Position numbers and translations under genes: made by a program. The notes beneath the pieces are model-generated. The model did no database searches. It saw only the letters and a list, made by a program, of their open reading frames with translations, and had not been told where the DNA came from. Shown here piece after piece: positions 25,405 to 39,601 of a stretch of 64,000 nt of DNA (the stretch's first letter is position 1; each line of letters starts with the position of its first letter). Source of the stretch: Octopus vulgaris (lineage: Eukaryota); contig OX597814.1 of NCBI GenBank assembly GCA_951406725.2, forward strand, positions 67,022,001-67,086,000, given 5' to 3'.

Positions 25405-27654
25405 TACTGGTCAACAAAATTAAATGTATTATACTCATTATGAATGCAAACCAACTTTTTTAGATTAATTTTTCATGCTGATTTCAAAATTACACTCCAT
25501 TTGTATGTAGCACATATCAGTTTTTCAGTAGCTACATGCAAATATTTACATATTTATATATATGAAATCATTAATGTAATAAATAAGGACATTATTTCTA
25601 GAAAATAAATGAGTTTATTGAGTTAAAAATCATCACTATCATTCTACAAAGAGTGAATACACAAAACATGGGACAGACAAAACAAAGTTAGAACATCAAA
25701 GTTAGAAACATTGTGATTTGGATTTTCTGCGGTGTTCCTGATATGGTTGATTACAGCAAAGTGTCCAGCAGTAGTCAGCAAGCATACTGTCATTCCAGAA
25801 GCCTTGGTACCGTTTCTCCATAGCACTAATGTCTTGGTGAAATATTTCACCATGTTCATCACACACTGCTCCAAGGTCATCTGCGAAGAAATCTAGATGG
25901 GAGTCCAAGAAGTGAACTTTCAGTGACATGCGACAACCCATTGCTGAGTAACAGTTCAGAAGATTCTTGATGCCTTCCTTGTAGTCCATTGCCTTCTTGT
26001 TGTCCAAGAAATCCTCACAGGTCCAATTGAAAGCATTCCAGGCAAGCAGTTCCATCAAGTGTTGTCTTGAAGTTGACATCTTTGAGTACTCTAATTTAGG
26101 GTCCGACAAAGATACCCTATTTCAACTTTGCCTGTGTAATTTTACTCAAACCCTCTGGCATATCTCTTCCCTAGTGTCATCCGTCCAAGCTTTATGCGCA
26201 AGGGAGGCAATAGAACATTACATGAGGTATATTCTTGACGCTAGACAGTCCTGGCTAGTATGATGTTCTTGTCTGCCAGTTTGATTCCGAATAATGTCTG
26301 TTAGTTGCCCGACTATCCCATAGACACAAGAAACAACAGTATTTTATGAAACCTGACTGCATTCCCATTAACATTCCAATGACTTTTATATCTCCACATA
26401 TTTTCCATAAGTGTCTTTCATTGGCAATGGCATGAAGTAAAAGTTTCAGCTTCTCATATAATTCATGAAGATGAACAAAGTGTGCAATAGGAATAGAGGG
26501 CTTCAAATTACCATTATGGAGAAGTACAGTTAGAAACTTCGTCTTGAAGAGTCAATAAACAAATGCCACTCTGCATGCGAAAGCAAAGCGGGCCTTCAAC
26601 AGAAAACCACGTTTGTAGAACCACATTTCCCTACCGAAAATAAGTTATACGAACACTGTGCTCTAGCAAATGCTTCTCCTTCAGTCTTGATGCCAACAGT
26701 TCTGCTTTATATTTTGAGAGGGATAGGTCTCTGACAAAGTCATTCAGTTCAGCTTGTGCAAATTTCTGAGGTTCAAAGCTATCGTCATCAACCACGTAAT
26801 CTTCCTCAGTAGCACTATCGTAACAGTCAACATCATCATCTGATGTTTCAATACTATCATCTGGTTGGACTGGAATTGGCAGACTTCCATTGTGAGGTAC
26901 AGGTCTCATTGCAGAATCCAAACTGGGATACACAATTTTGTGTTTATTCTTCATTCTGAGACATTTACTTTGCAAAAATAACAGTCATTAAAGTGGTCTT
27001 TCGGCTCCTTCCATATCATTGGAATGGCAAAAGGCATGAACTTCTTATTATTGAACCAGTCACGTAAGCCATTTGAGCAAGCTGGGCAAGTAAAATATAT
27101 GGTGCCCGTAACATGTTCTGATGTCCAAATCTTCTTGATCTCTGGTGTTATTGTACATTTTTGAGCTTTCACAATAAATTGTCCACAGACGTAACAAAAC
27201 ACATCAAGACGATATCTACAATGTCTTGACATTGTTAACACTGCAAAACAAGTAAAGAAATAGATACAAACGGTTATACTTATACTGAATTTGAGATGAT
27301 AAAATATTTAATCAGACCAATTATGACGGGACAATTTGAGATGTTGAAATACCTATTTCATCCGATAAAACTTGATTGGCTAATTTAAGATGATGAAATA
27401 TTGTATCTGAACTATGCAGCATTGAATAATGTAGTTTATTTTAAAGGTATGTTTTCATGATGTAAATGAAATATATGCATGCACATCACTAATCGGTGTT
27501 TCTATATAATGCATGAGCTAAAACCAAAAAAACTTTCTCGTCTTGAAAACTGTACGTGGTGTTAAAAAAACTAATTGTATATTTAAAATCAGCATTAAAA
27601 ACTACACTAAGTACACCATGACATATGCTTGATGAAAAAACTTGTTGACCAGTG
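25405..27654 (-). mobile_element. Near full-length decayed Chapaev3-like DNA transposon
   Basis: TIRs (C/T)ACTGGTCAACAA at both ends; 3-bp TTA TSD (25402-25404, 27655-27657). Motifs FCYVCG, IWKEPKDHFNDCYFC, ICGDIKVI, CFLCLWDSR, SLKVHFLDSHLDFF, DEHGEIFHQDISAMEKRYQG. Confidence 0.88.
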
Positions 27655-27785
27655 TTATCGAACCGGAAGTCCAACAGCTGTCCTTCCGTAGCACTTACAT
27701 AGCCTTATTTGCCTTTTGGGTCTTCTGGATACCAAAACTTCTCATGTTATATATGTGTATGTGTGTATTATGATTATTATTATTG

Positions 27786-27824
<39 letters not shown>

Positions 27825-27825
27825 A

Positions 27826-27859
<34 letters not shown>

Positions 27860-27860
<1 letters not shown>

Positions 27861-28075
27861 AGGCAGTGTGCTGGCCCAATCGTTAGCACGCAGGGTAAAA
27901 TGCTCAATGGCATTTCCTCCGTCTTTATGCTCTGAGTTCAAATTCTGGCGAAGTGGATTTGGCTTTTCATCCTTTCGAAGCCGATAAAATAAGTACCGGT
28001 TGAGCACTGAGGTCGATTTAATCGATTTACCTCCACCCCGAACTTGCTGGCCTTGTACCAAATTTTGAAACCATT
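27860..28075 (+). mobile_element. SINE family B, preceded by a (TAG)n microsatellite (27786-27859)
   Basis: Similarity to the copies at 12150-12345 and 39398-39600. Confidence 0.85.
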
Positions 28076-28808
28076 ATTATCATCATTAATATTGTCCAGT
28101 GACACACACGCTCAAGCTTCACCTTGACGGTTACGAGGCGTACTTATCTTTTAGTCGGAGCGAACTGATGGAACTGGAAATTTTTCATAGTTCTAAATAG
28201 TTCTAGATCTCATGATTTGGACGATCTTCTTGGACTTCGATGGTCAGTTGGTGATCACGAGACGTGAACAGCGATAAAGATTATGTCTTTAGTGTCGTGA
28301 CCATTCATTTCGCCACTGGGCATGGAGCCCAGACTTCTTTGCGCGTCTAGAAGCATGATTTGAAACGTCCAAGTCGTTAATGTTAATAGGCGTCTTGGAC
28401 ATAGGTTGAGTTATTTTTTGTCCTACCATAACATGTGAACCGCGGTTACGTTCAGGAGCGAAAAATGCTGAAAATAGTGCCCCTGTCGTTACTCCAGTTC
28501 GTGACTAACCTCCTGCTACTCTTCTCTCACCCACACCAAAGACCACCCACGAGTGCACGCACACATGTGCTCATGGCAAGAAGCACACTCACTCGAATTC
28601 ATACACATGCATGTCCACATACATGCGTGCGCACACACTAGCTCTTTCTCTCGTTCTTTCACACATACGCACACACATACACATGCACATATACACACAC
28701 ATGCAGATATACACACACTACGGCTGTCACCAGAATGCACAAACAAGCGTACTCATGAGAGATGGTTAATAAATTCATCCACCCCATGCTAACTCTCTTT
28801 TTCTCTGT

Positions 28809-28871
<63 letters not shown>

Positions 28872-30027
28872 CGTGTGCGTGTGTGTGTGTTCTCTATGCT
28901 ACCTGAATTAATTATTCTCATACGTCAACTTTCCTTTGCTTCAGTTCTGTCGTAAAATATATGTAGGCACGAGCCAGCCCAGAGACCCCTGCATAGACAC
29001 TTGACTCGCAAGAAATAGCCAACAACTCGCTTTCAGATCACTCCTTAAAGTTTTAAAAAGGACATAATGGATAGTGTTACGTAAGACATACCATGTTAAA
29101 ATAAAAATCGGAATGATTATGAAAGGAATGCCTTTAGTAATAGGTTTGCTGTATCTGAGCCGGTATTAGACGCAACAGCAACATTTTCAAGTTGCAGTTT
29201 TTGTTCTTGATCTTCTAACTGGGCCTTCAAGATTACGGTTTAGGCAAATGAGAGGAAGAAACTACAAATTATAGGCTGCTAAATCAGAAACTAGCACTTC
29301 AAGATACCCAGTTATCTTCAGAATCTGAATAAACATCCCAGAGTGGGGTCCGTTAAAGACATTTCCAAAATAAAAGTGGATGACGGATTAAGTCTAACTC
29401 CTAAAATAAGTTATGGCGTATCGGACGGGCTTCTTGCACAGTTACCATCACAAGGCTGCAACTAAAAGCATTTACCCAATGCGTCACACACTGGAATTGA
29501 AATCTACCCGTGTGATCGCACTATAATTTACTGATTTCGTCGTTATTGATTTTAATTGTTTAACTCCAGAAGAGCTTCGATACGGAAGACTTATAATCAA
29601 AGGCGTTCCATATGGGACCATCCTCTCTTTTCACTGATAGTAGAATATGCTTTCGGCGTAGATTTGGATGCAAGTGAAATGATTGCATAGAGCCTCGTTG
29701 TTGTTATTGTTGTTTTTGTTGTTTAAGCTTGATATAAACAAGGACGTTCTAGTCATGTTTATTCCGTCTTTTTGTCTTTTGTATCCGTTCCTATTTTTAA
29801 GATGGTATGGTATGATTTAAGGGAGTTTAGCTGCTACTTTTAACCGGTCGCCCAACCAGGAAGAAATCCATCGCTCCATGGGTTTTAAGTGCATAGCTGA
29901 ATGTTCCGGTCTGGAAAGGGGGAATTTCACTTCTACTATGTAATTAAACCCGCGAAACACCTTTAACGGAACAAGCTAGGTTAAAACGATGACGTGGTTG
30001 GTTGGAGCGCGGCGATAGTAGTAGTAG

Positions 30028-30167
30028 AGAAGAAGAAGAAGAAGAAGAAGAAGAAGAAGAAGAAGAAGAAGAAGAAGAAGAAGAAGAAGAAGAAGAAGAA
30101 GAAGAAGAAGAAGAAGAAGAAGAAGAAGAAGAAGAAGAAGAAGAAGAAGAAGAAGAAGAAGAAGAAG

Positions 30168-30198
<31 letters not shown>
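30028..30198. repeat. Long pure (GAA)n tract (~56 units)
   Basis: Visible directly. Confidence 0.97.
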
Positions 30199-30699
30199 TT
30201 TACAGAAAAAAGAAAATTTATTTTGCATTTTTCTTTTTTTGTATTTTTGTCGCTGATGACACCTTTTAAGTAGACGATGCGGTCACCATCAGAGGACAGC
30301 TGTGTTTAGATTGTTATAGACTAAAATAAACTCCCATCAACCAGATTCAAGGCATAAATGAGAAAAATAAAAATGTTAATGTCATAAATTATTTGGCAGA
30401 TGTCAGATTATTCTGTTATGCTATTGTTTTATGTAAATATACATAGTCCTATGATTAATGTTTTTGCTCAAAATATAGCCAGTGGTATCAGGAAAATGAC
30501 CCAGTCATAACCTTATCACTAAAGCAATGTTTTTAAATTTCGTGTTTACCTTCTTTTATTTCTATTTTTTCTCTCCAAAAACAGTAGTTATTTATCGTCT
30601 CTTTGTAAATGGAACGTTCATACATGTTTGACACTTTCTTCACTCTGATTCCAGGTCAAAACTTCGAACCGTAGCTTTCAAGTGTAAAATGTGTGGTAG

Positions 30700-31103
30700 A
30701 GGCGAGCGTAGCCGTGTGAAAAGAACTATGCTTCTTAACCACATAGTTTCGGGTTCAGTCCCACTGCGTGGCATCTTGGGAAAGTGTCTTCTACTTCAGC
30801 CTCGGGTCCTTGTGAGTTGACTTAATAGACGGAAACTAAAAGAAGTTTGCCATATATGTGTTTGCGTGAATGTGTGTGTGTGCGCGCGCGTGTGTGTGCA
30901 TATGTGTGTATGTGTCCCACCACCACTTGAAAACTGATGTTGGTTTGTTTACATTCCCATAATCTAGCGTTTCGGCAAGAGAAACGGATAGAATAAGTAC
31001 CGATACTTAAAGAAAAGAAAACAGAACTAGGATTGAAACGTTCGACTAAAAGGTGGGGACCCCGCATGGCCGCAGTTCAATGACTGAAACAAGCAAAAGA
31101 TAA
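30700..31103 (+). mobile_element. SINE family A (diverged)
   Basis: GGTTCAGTCCCACTGCGTGGCATCTTGGG head and GACTGAAACAAG tail. Confidence 0.85.
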
Positions 31104-32028
31104 TGTGGTGATAGATAGTAATAAAATAAAATAAAAAATAAAATGTGTATTAGATAAAATAAAACAAGAAACGAAATAAGAAACCTTATGTAGTGAATCT
31201 TCCATGCATGAAGTGGAATTGATCCACCACAGCCAAATTTAAATTAACACTGCAACAGAACTTTTCCCACGGTGGAACAATGGTTTTTCTCTGACAGCAG
31301 TTTTACATTTTCCAGATGCCTTTAGCTAGGCGGAAATAATGTCTTCACTACTGGACCCTTTCTAACCTCTTCTACTTCACCAAAAGCTAGAATAGAGATA
31401 ACAAGATCACCAACTAAATCTATTGTTCTCAATAATATATCTATCCTTCTGGATCTTAATATAAGTAAGCAAACCCCAAGCAAAAATCAGTTCGTCAAAG
31501 TCGTGACGACTCAACGGAGTTAGTCACAGTCGGTGACGACTCAACGAAGTCTGGCTGACCATCTAGAACTTTGGTCAGAGGGAGAAAGCAACTGCGAGAT
31601 AAGACCCTACAATTCTCTCTAGCTCTAATTCTGTTCTCTTACAACATCATTCTATCTGTCTCTGTAATTACTACTAAACAATGAAGAGGACACAAACACA
31701 AACTTAACTTCGCATGTTTTTGGATCGATCATAACATCGAGGCAAGGTATTTGTAACGTAACGGTAAATAAATACTTTCTTAAAACTTCATGCATCGTTC
31801 ATCTTTCACATCCTACAGTAAGCAATTATAACAACAAATTTTTATCGTTGCATCTGCTGACCACAACATTTCATAATATTGTCAACTAACATAGGCGTAG
31901 GAGTGGCTGTGTTGTAAGTAGCTTGCTAACCAACCACATAGTCCCGGGTTCAGTCCCACTGCGTGGCATCTTGGACAAGTGCCTTGTGAGTGGATTTGGT
32001 TGACAGAAACTGAAAGAAGCCTGTCGTA

Positions 32029-32110
<82 letters not shown>

Positions 32111-32362
32111 TGTGTTTGTGTGTGTGCTGTGTTTGTCCCCCTAGCATTGCTTGACAACCGATGCTGGTGTGTTTACGTCCCCGTCACCTAGCGGTTCGAC
32201 AAAAGAGACCGATAGAATAAGTACTGGGCTTACAAAGAATAAGTCTCGGGGTCGATTTGCTCGACTAAAGGCGGTGCTCCAGCATGGCCGCAGTCAAAAT
32301 GACTGAAACAAGTAAAAGAGTAAAAGCGTAACCAATTTCTGCCGTTACAATTGGTGACCCGT
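31104..32362 (+). mobile_element. Possible Gypsy-type LTR (interrupted by a SINE) followed by a PBS-like motif
   Basis: Starts TGTGG and ends TTACA, followed by ATTGGTGACCCG; no second LTR in the window. Confidence 0.3.
31892..32326 (+). mobile_element. SINE family A (young)
   Basis: Near-identical to 4180-4571 and 41341-41716, with a short internal deletion. Confidence 0.92.
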
Positions 32363-33349
32363 AAAAAAGAATCGCTGCCTTCTGAAACTGCAATACCATC
32401 GTGTAAAGAGAATCACTACCTTCCGATGCTACATGCCACTGCACTTTTGCTAACTTCGAACTATGGAACTAGAATATCAACAGTTGCTGAACCAAATGAT
32501 AACCTTCGTCACCACCAGGATGCACCCTCCATCGACCTGCTACAGAGAGCACTATACTGCGATAATCTACGCTGCACTTCACAACAATGCAACACTGCCG
32601 ACTCATAATGAATGCCGCCAATAAATGCATCATTTCAACAGCTACATGCCCAGAAACTAACAGGGTGAAATTACGGAAGCCCGCACAAACAACCTTTTCG
32701 GCACACACACGCTTTTCGTCTCGTCCCGACGTATAAACCGTGTATTGTCTATGAACTTTTACACGTACATAAGACTCTCACATAGACTTTCAACAACTCT
32801 TTTTCTTTGCATGCACATCTTTTCACTTTCAGCAGTAGACTTTTAATAAAGGACATTATTTTTAGTTAAGTTTGTTATTTTTGCTTATTTTATTGTTCTA
32901 TTTGCACTGCATACTTTCAACTGTCTACGAGTTACACACATTCCGCGAAGCACACATTCCGCGAAGTACACATACCGCGATGCTAGAAAGAGCAGCCTAA
33001 TACCCTTCACAGTACACCTCCGATAGTAAAAAAAAAAAGAGAATACGTTAGACAGTGTGGTTCAAGGTATACTATGCCCCCAAAATATTGGGATGGGCAT
33101 AAGTGGAATGTCTTTGAATATTGGGTCTGTTCGATTAGGATTAATCAACAACATGACAGCTCACAACAAACGAGGTAGCCTTACGTGGTCACGGGACCGG
33201 TTAGATTTTGTAGTCATATTCTCTCAAATCATGCTTAAAAAAATCGATGGATATATTGGACAATGTAGTCTTAGATAAGGTCGTGGTAGGAACACCTTTG
33301 ACCGTATTCCTTTTCAAAGCTAACCGTAGCTTAAACATCAACTTCACAT

Positions 33350-36150
33350 TGATCTTACGAAAGTGAATTGATTCATGGCGCTATATTCGTAAGAGTTAGC
33401 CATGGACGATCCCTTTTCTTCATACACCCTTCCATAACCATCCTCTATTTTCTTCCTTCCGTTTTCCATTTCAGAAGTTGAAACTGATGATGCAAAATGC
33501 AGCACTCATTTGCTTAGAATCAGATATTACACGTCTTTCACAATCTATCAGATATCGTATCTTGGCTTAGTTCCCATGATGCCTCTCATCCACCTCAGCC
33601 TGCCGAATATTTTCCATGCCTTTATGCACACGCCTTTGCTTGAATAACACAGTCGTCATTTTTAGTGGGTCAAGTGACATCCTAGCCGCTTCCGCTTTTT
33701 CTGTAAATTTTTTCTAACTTCTAACTTGTCGTGTTTAATAGTTAACTACTAAACAACGTATCTAGTATTATGCTTGCTACTGATATTTCCTTACTATACC
33801 TTCCCGGTTCTGCTCTAATTTTCCCTTTCAAACCTACCTCATTTGGACTATTTACTACTGCTCCCGTAGTTTCCGCTTAACTACTAACTCCAATTCACTA
33901 ATTTCGTTCCTCTAGGTATGAATGTATCGTGTACGGTGTGAGAACATCGTAAACTATGCATTCGTATTGTCCTATTTATGTTCGCAGAACACATCATAAT
34001 CTTAGGGTCTGTGTAACATACCACCTGAAAATATAGACAGTCTACGTTTTCCATGTCGACTGTAATAACAACATCCTGGACGACTGGTTACTATGATGTT
34101 GGTGCATTCAGATAATATATTTGGTATCTGTCAGACAGTTGAAACTGTATGAGATTTAAGATCGATGCTTAAATTGTCTCCTAACACTAACGAATGAGGT
34201 ATACGCAGAAATGTCTGAAGTCGTCTGAATAATTGCGGTCGTTCTGCACACACTGTGGCATAGACGGCCACTATATTCAGGTCAGTACCTTGATTGTTAC
34301 TCACTTCAAGAACAACTGACTTACAGTCTGGATCCGAAGGAATCGTCTATACTTCGAGGCAACAACTTTTCTTAAACACTACACTCTCCTTACATGACCC
34401 TAGCCTTCCGAAAGAGACACACACCTCGTAGTCAGTAGTGCTTATTGGAAGACCTAGCCTCATAGAACCGCATCTAAATCAAGTGACCTGAGGTTGTTCA
34501 GTAGGTAGCCCGGTTTTAAACACCTGAACAAGGCCACGAACATTCAAACATCCAATCTTCAATCATAGTCATGTTGCAGTCGACGAGACTATAAAATATT
34601 TTTCTATTGGATTCTGCCAAATAACAAAGGTTTCGGAACATTAGCCCAACAATGATTTTCCTCACATCCTCTCAAAATAGTTGTTTTATCTGTTGATAGA
34701 CCGTGGCTGTTGTCCTCATCATAAGTCTATCCTCCAATATTTTGTGGAAGTATCCCTTTGCTACCTACTAGTGAAACACTGGAGTCGATGTAATCGATTA
34801 GTCCCCTCCCAACAAAATTTTAGGCCTTGTGCCTTTAGTAGAAAGGATTTTTTCCCCCTTTGGTAGATCTTAATTCCCGGTTTTTCTTTACTAGAAAGCG
34901 AGTAATAGCAAATTACCATGGGTTTCAAGTAAGAGACAAGACTTTCCTTAAGATACGAGCTTGAACCCAATAAAACAAATTTTCTGGATCGCTTCAAGCC
35001 TGATAATAACTCTCGATATGCTTTTCAAACTCCTTAGAGACTGCTCCCAACACTCCAATTACTACCACTATCACAATCACTATCCTCATACCCGCAAAGC
35101 TTTCCTATCTCGTTCCTTAGCTGCTAGTATTTCTTTTCAATCCTTTATCTTTCACCTTCGAAACACCTGCTTTTGCAACATTTATGATCTTCACCACTTT
35201 TTCACTTTTATCGATGAGCACAATATCATTGTATATTAATATCCCAGCGGATTTTGTGTTTTTTACCAGTACCCATTCTTGCTTGTGCTCATACAGTCGC
35301 TCGACTCTCTCAAGGTTTGCTTTATCATACAGCTGTCACCGAAAGTCTGCCATCTTTCTTCAGTCTCTGTTTCATACCCTTATCGCAAAAGAATAGACTA
35401 GTACAACTACTGGAAAAGGAATTAACTCGGTTTCTTGTCCTCGACTTCCTTGTCAGCTTTCTGATCATCGGCTCTTTGAACTGAGGAAGAGATTATCTCT
35501 TCCGCCGTTACCGGAGTTGCGACCGACCGTATCCTTATAACACAAGCATCCGTAACCTGTTTTTGTTGTTTTTCTCCTCTTATCTTTCGACATCCTCCGG
35601 ATCGAAAGATCCCCAAGTGGTTCTTGCAGTCACACATGTAACAGCTTGGCTTTCTATTCTTTTATTTCTACACTCGATAAATCACAGCTTCGTTGTTTTT
35701 GGCAGTCATTAGAACTGCCTTTCCATGCAAACCCTAACTGTTTCTAACTACCTCGGCACTTACCACCTACCTGTACTGTACCAAAAACGTGACAACGACC
35801 TAATGGTCAACGCCATTACCCATACCCTTTATCGTAACATTGTGTTAAGTTTTCCCAAATATTGTGGAATGAGACTCTGAACCGGTGCGTAAAGCAGCAG
35901 CTTGGCCTGTTTTTCTTGGCTCGACTTGTTTTTCTTGGTATATCCTTAGTTTTAAGTACTGTACTCAGTTTTGTATGCTCTGCTCTGGTTAGAGCCGCGA
36001 ACAATTATTCTTTTCTAGTGTATGAGAAAAGCCTTTGTGGCTTTCGAGATACAGAAATGTGTTTTCATTCTCGTTGTCGATCAGAAACTGATAGAGGTAC
36101 ACCTGCCATTGTCACATGTCTATGTCAGGCACTTTTTTCTGCCAGGTGAT
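33350..36150 (-). mobile_element. Heavily decayed Tx1/L1-like LINE (ORF1 remnant + APE endonuclease)
   Basis: The minus strand gives LKIGCLNVRGL (~34530-34560) and LNIVAVYA...LFRRLQTFL...VLGDN; a SINE fragment is inserted near 34770. Confidence 0.5.
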
Positions 36151-37198
36151 TTTATGTCCAGAGAGTATTTATTAGTAACTGCATTAACGAAAAATGAAAT
36201 CAGATCATCCTTTTTTTTTTCCTGCTTAATTACATGACACTTTCTTTCGTTTGACAAAATATTTGTGTGTCTAGTTATTCGTGTTACTATATTGTTCAAA
36301 ATAATTACTTATTTAAAAAATAATCTCGTGAAATACGTGTATTTTGCTGAGAAACCTTTTTCTTTTCTTTTTTCTTACTGCCTGCAGTCCAGAAAATGTT
36401 TTCTAATATTGTCTTCTAGAAAGCCTGTTGCTAATTTTACGAGTGGAAGAAAATTTGCTCCTGCAAATTAAAGAATAAGAACAAGAAATTAAATTTTCTT
36501 TATAATGTTGTTTGATAAAATCCATGACTGACAGCGAAGAACATTTAAACTACAGAAAAAGTAAAATCATTAGAATGTCGAACAAAATGTTTTGCGGCAC
36601 TTCTTCTGGCTCTTTATGTTCTAAGCTCAAATACTGCCAACTAACCTTTAGGGGTTGATAAAATTAAGTACCAATTAAGCACTAGGGTCAATGTAATCGA
36701 CAAAACCCTCTCCTTAAAACTGCTGGCCTTAAACAGCAAAATTTGAAACCATTATAATTAACAGCAATTTTGAGAGGAGGCTATTAGTCAGTACCATTGA
36801 CCCCAGTATTTGATTAGTACTTTACATTACCGACAGGATTTGAGCTCAGAACATAGAGTCGGAATATTGCAAAACATTTTTGCGACGCTCTAACGATTCT
36901 GAACGAAGAAAGTATTAATCATCAAAACGATGATTATTCATGTCATAGCCTAATTATTTTTGAGGGACAAAATTAGTTCTTTATTTTTGTAACTTCACGG
37001 TCGAATAATCTCATTACTATCATTAACAAGAACATTAATATTTAAGTGTCAATGAATCTACTGAAGTGGAATTGTGAATGGTTTTGTTCATTCAAAATAT
37101 CCGTTATGGAAGCTTTAAGAGGAAAATGACTACAGTGAATGTAACTACATCTAGTTGACTGCCACTGGAAGTATCGATGTAGATTGTATACGATTAAA

Positions 37199-38760
37199 TA
37201 GGTGCAGGCAAGGCTATGTGGTAAGAAGTTTGCTTCCAAAACACATGGTTCCGGGTTCAGTCCCACTGCGTGGCATCTTGGGCAAGTGTCTTCTACTAAA
37301 GCCTCGGGCTGACCAAAGCCTTGTGAGTGGATTTGGCAGACGGTAACTGAAAGAAATCTGTCGTGTATGTTATTATCATTATCATCCCCCTTTCATTCAG
37401 CATCTTTCTTCCGGCCATTTCATCATGTTGAACCGTTAATCGTTACACATTTTTTCTCTCTGCGTTTGTTTTCTTCATTCTCTCTCCATTTGTTCCCTCT
37501 TAATCCTTTCTGTCAAAAAGCGTAGACTTGAAACGTAAAAGACTTTTCCATTCTTACCAACTATTAAACTAATATACCTGCTTGTTGTTCCTACACCTGT
37601 TTTCGTCTTTTGCTTTCTGTAAATTTGAAATATGTGTGTGATTTGATCAATAAGTATCCGGACTGTTGCTATATTAACGAAGCTAAAGCATGTAAAGTAA
37701 AGCCGCTTGGCACAGGTCGACCTTGAACTTTGCTGTGCATGCACACTAAGCTTTAACATTCTAACTCACTTCTGCTGTTTACAGCAGTACTTGGAAGGAA
37801 GGTATGTAGCGTGTGATCGTCACATTGACAATGGCAGAGAAAGTTATCATGGCGATACCTGCTCAGAGGCCTAAGCAAAGTTTCAGAAAGAGTATGGAGA
37901 GGAGTGTATAAGCCGCACACGTGTGTACGAGTGGTTCGGACGTTTCCAAGATAGCCGAAATATGTCAGTATTGACGAACGTTCTGGGATACCCGCAACCT
38001 GCAGAACTGAGAAAAACATCGTAGATGTACGTGCAGCTGGTAGGGGAAATCGTCGAATCACCATCCGTGAGTTATCAGATGATGTGCAGATTAGTTAAGG
38101 TTCAGTTCATTCCATTATCACTGAAGATTTAGGTATGAGACGCGTGTCTGCCAAGTTTGTGCCAAATCTGCTTTTAGCTGACCAAAAATACACTTGGGTT
38201 TCAGTTGCACAAGATCTTCATTATGTTGAGAACGATGAAAACGTTTTGAAAACTTTGCGTAGGCTTCTGAGCAGATATCGCCAAGCTTTTGGCAAAATTT
38301 GATGCAGATTCTCTGCTCAACTTTCTCTGTCATGGTAAATGCGACGATCAAACGCTACACACGTTCCTTTCAAACACTGCTGTAAACAGTGGAAGTGAAG
38401 TAGAATGTTAAAACTTAGTGCTCATGCACAGCAGAGTTCAAGGCCAATCTGTTCCAAGCGGTTTTACTCTCTGTGCTTCAGCTTCGTTACTTTAGCAACA
38501 GTCCGGATACTTATTGATCAGACCACATGTACACACTTACACACACATGTGATTGTGCCTGTGTTTGTCCACCACCACCACTTGACAACCATTGTTGGTG
38601 TGTTTATATCCCCGTAACAGTGGTTCGGCAAAAGTGACCGGTAGAATAAATACCAGGTTTCAGATGAAAAAAGAAAATAAGTACTGGTGTCGATTAAATT
38701 CCTCAAGGTGGTGGCGCAGCACGGCTGCAGTCTAATGACTGAAACAAGTAAAAGATAAAT
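37199..38760 (+). mobile_element. SINE family A split by nested insertions (5' half 37199-37365; 3' half ~38550-38760)
   Basis: The head and tail halves flank a PLE-like fragment and a mariner derivative. Confidence 0.7.
37634..38530. mobile_element. Mariner-derived fold-back element made of two 5' ends in inverted orientation
   Basis: Inverted arms of more than 200 bp ending in GATCAATAAGTATCCGGACTGTTGC. Plus-strand HTH remnant YGEECISRTRVYEWF...RRITIRELS...LGMRRVSAKFVP; minus-strand MTEKVEQRICIKFC. Confidence 0.85.
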
Positions 38761-39181
38761 GCAAATATATTTTCAAGGCAGTGCCCCAGCATGGCCACAG
38801 TCCTATGATTGAAACAAGTATATGGTAATACTGTTGTCACTGATTTCAAGGGAGAATACCGCAAAGTATTCTACATGATATAAAATGCGGCTCCATAATT
38901 TTAACGATTCGACAAAAGAAAGAACGATAGAATAAGTACGAGACTTTAACAAAATAAATAAATATTGGGATCGATCTCCTCTGCTAAACCCTTCAAGGCC
39001 CCAGCTTGGCCTCAATCCAGTGAGTGAAACAAGTAAAAGATAACGAAGAATTTAGCAAGAAATTTGTATGGAAAGTTTTAACTTAGATCATTTTAAAACA
39101 AATAGTTTTTTACCGTAGAAACAGGGACGGTTATGAGGCTGATTGGCATCAAAAGGGTTAATATTATACTTACTCGAAAAA

Positions 39182-39601
39182 TGGCGAGCTGGCGCTAGCA
39201 CGTCGGGCAAAATGCTTAATGGAATTTCGTCCGTTTTTATATTCTGAATTCAACTTTCGCCGAGGCTGACTTTGACTTTCATCCTTCCGGATAAGTACCA
39301 GTCGAACACTGGAGTCAATGTAATCAAATAACTCTCTCATCCGAATTTGCTGGCCTTGCGCCAAAATTTGAAATCATCATTACACTCACTCGAAAAGTGG
39401 AGAGCTGGCAGAATCGTTAGCACGTAGGGTAAAATGCTTAGCGTTCGTCTTCACGTTCTCAGTTCAAATTTCGCCAAGGTTGACTTTGCCTTTCATCCTT
39501 TTGGTGATGATAAAATAAGTACCGGTCGAGCACTGGAGTCGATGAAATCAGCTTATCCATCACCTAAATCTGCTGGCCTTGTACCAAAATTTAAAACCAA
39601 T
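39182..39601 (+). mobile_element. Two tandem SINE family B copies
   Basis: Two head-to-tail ~200-bp units, each preceded by ACTCGAAAA. Confidence 0.85.

Noticed and set aside
29944-30269. Poly-Ser/Lys/Glu ORFs (likewise poly-Met/Ile, poly-Asn/Tyr/Leu and YI/HT/CV-repeat ORFs throughout)
   Set aside because: Translations of microsatellites
37505-37545. Possible hammerhead remnant CTGTCAAAAAGCGTAGACTTGAAACGTAAAAG
   Set aside because: Core too degenerate to call from this copy alone
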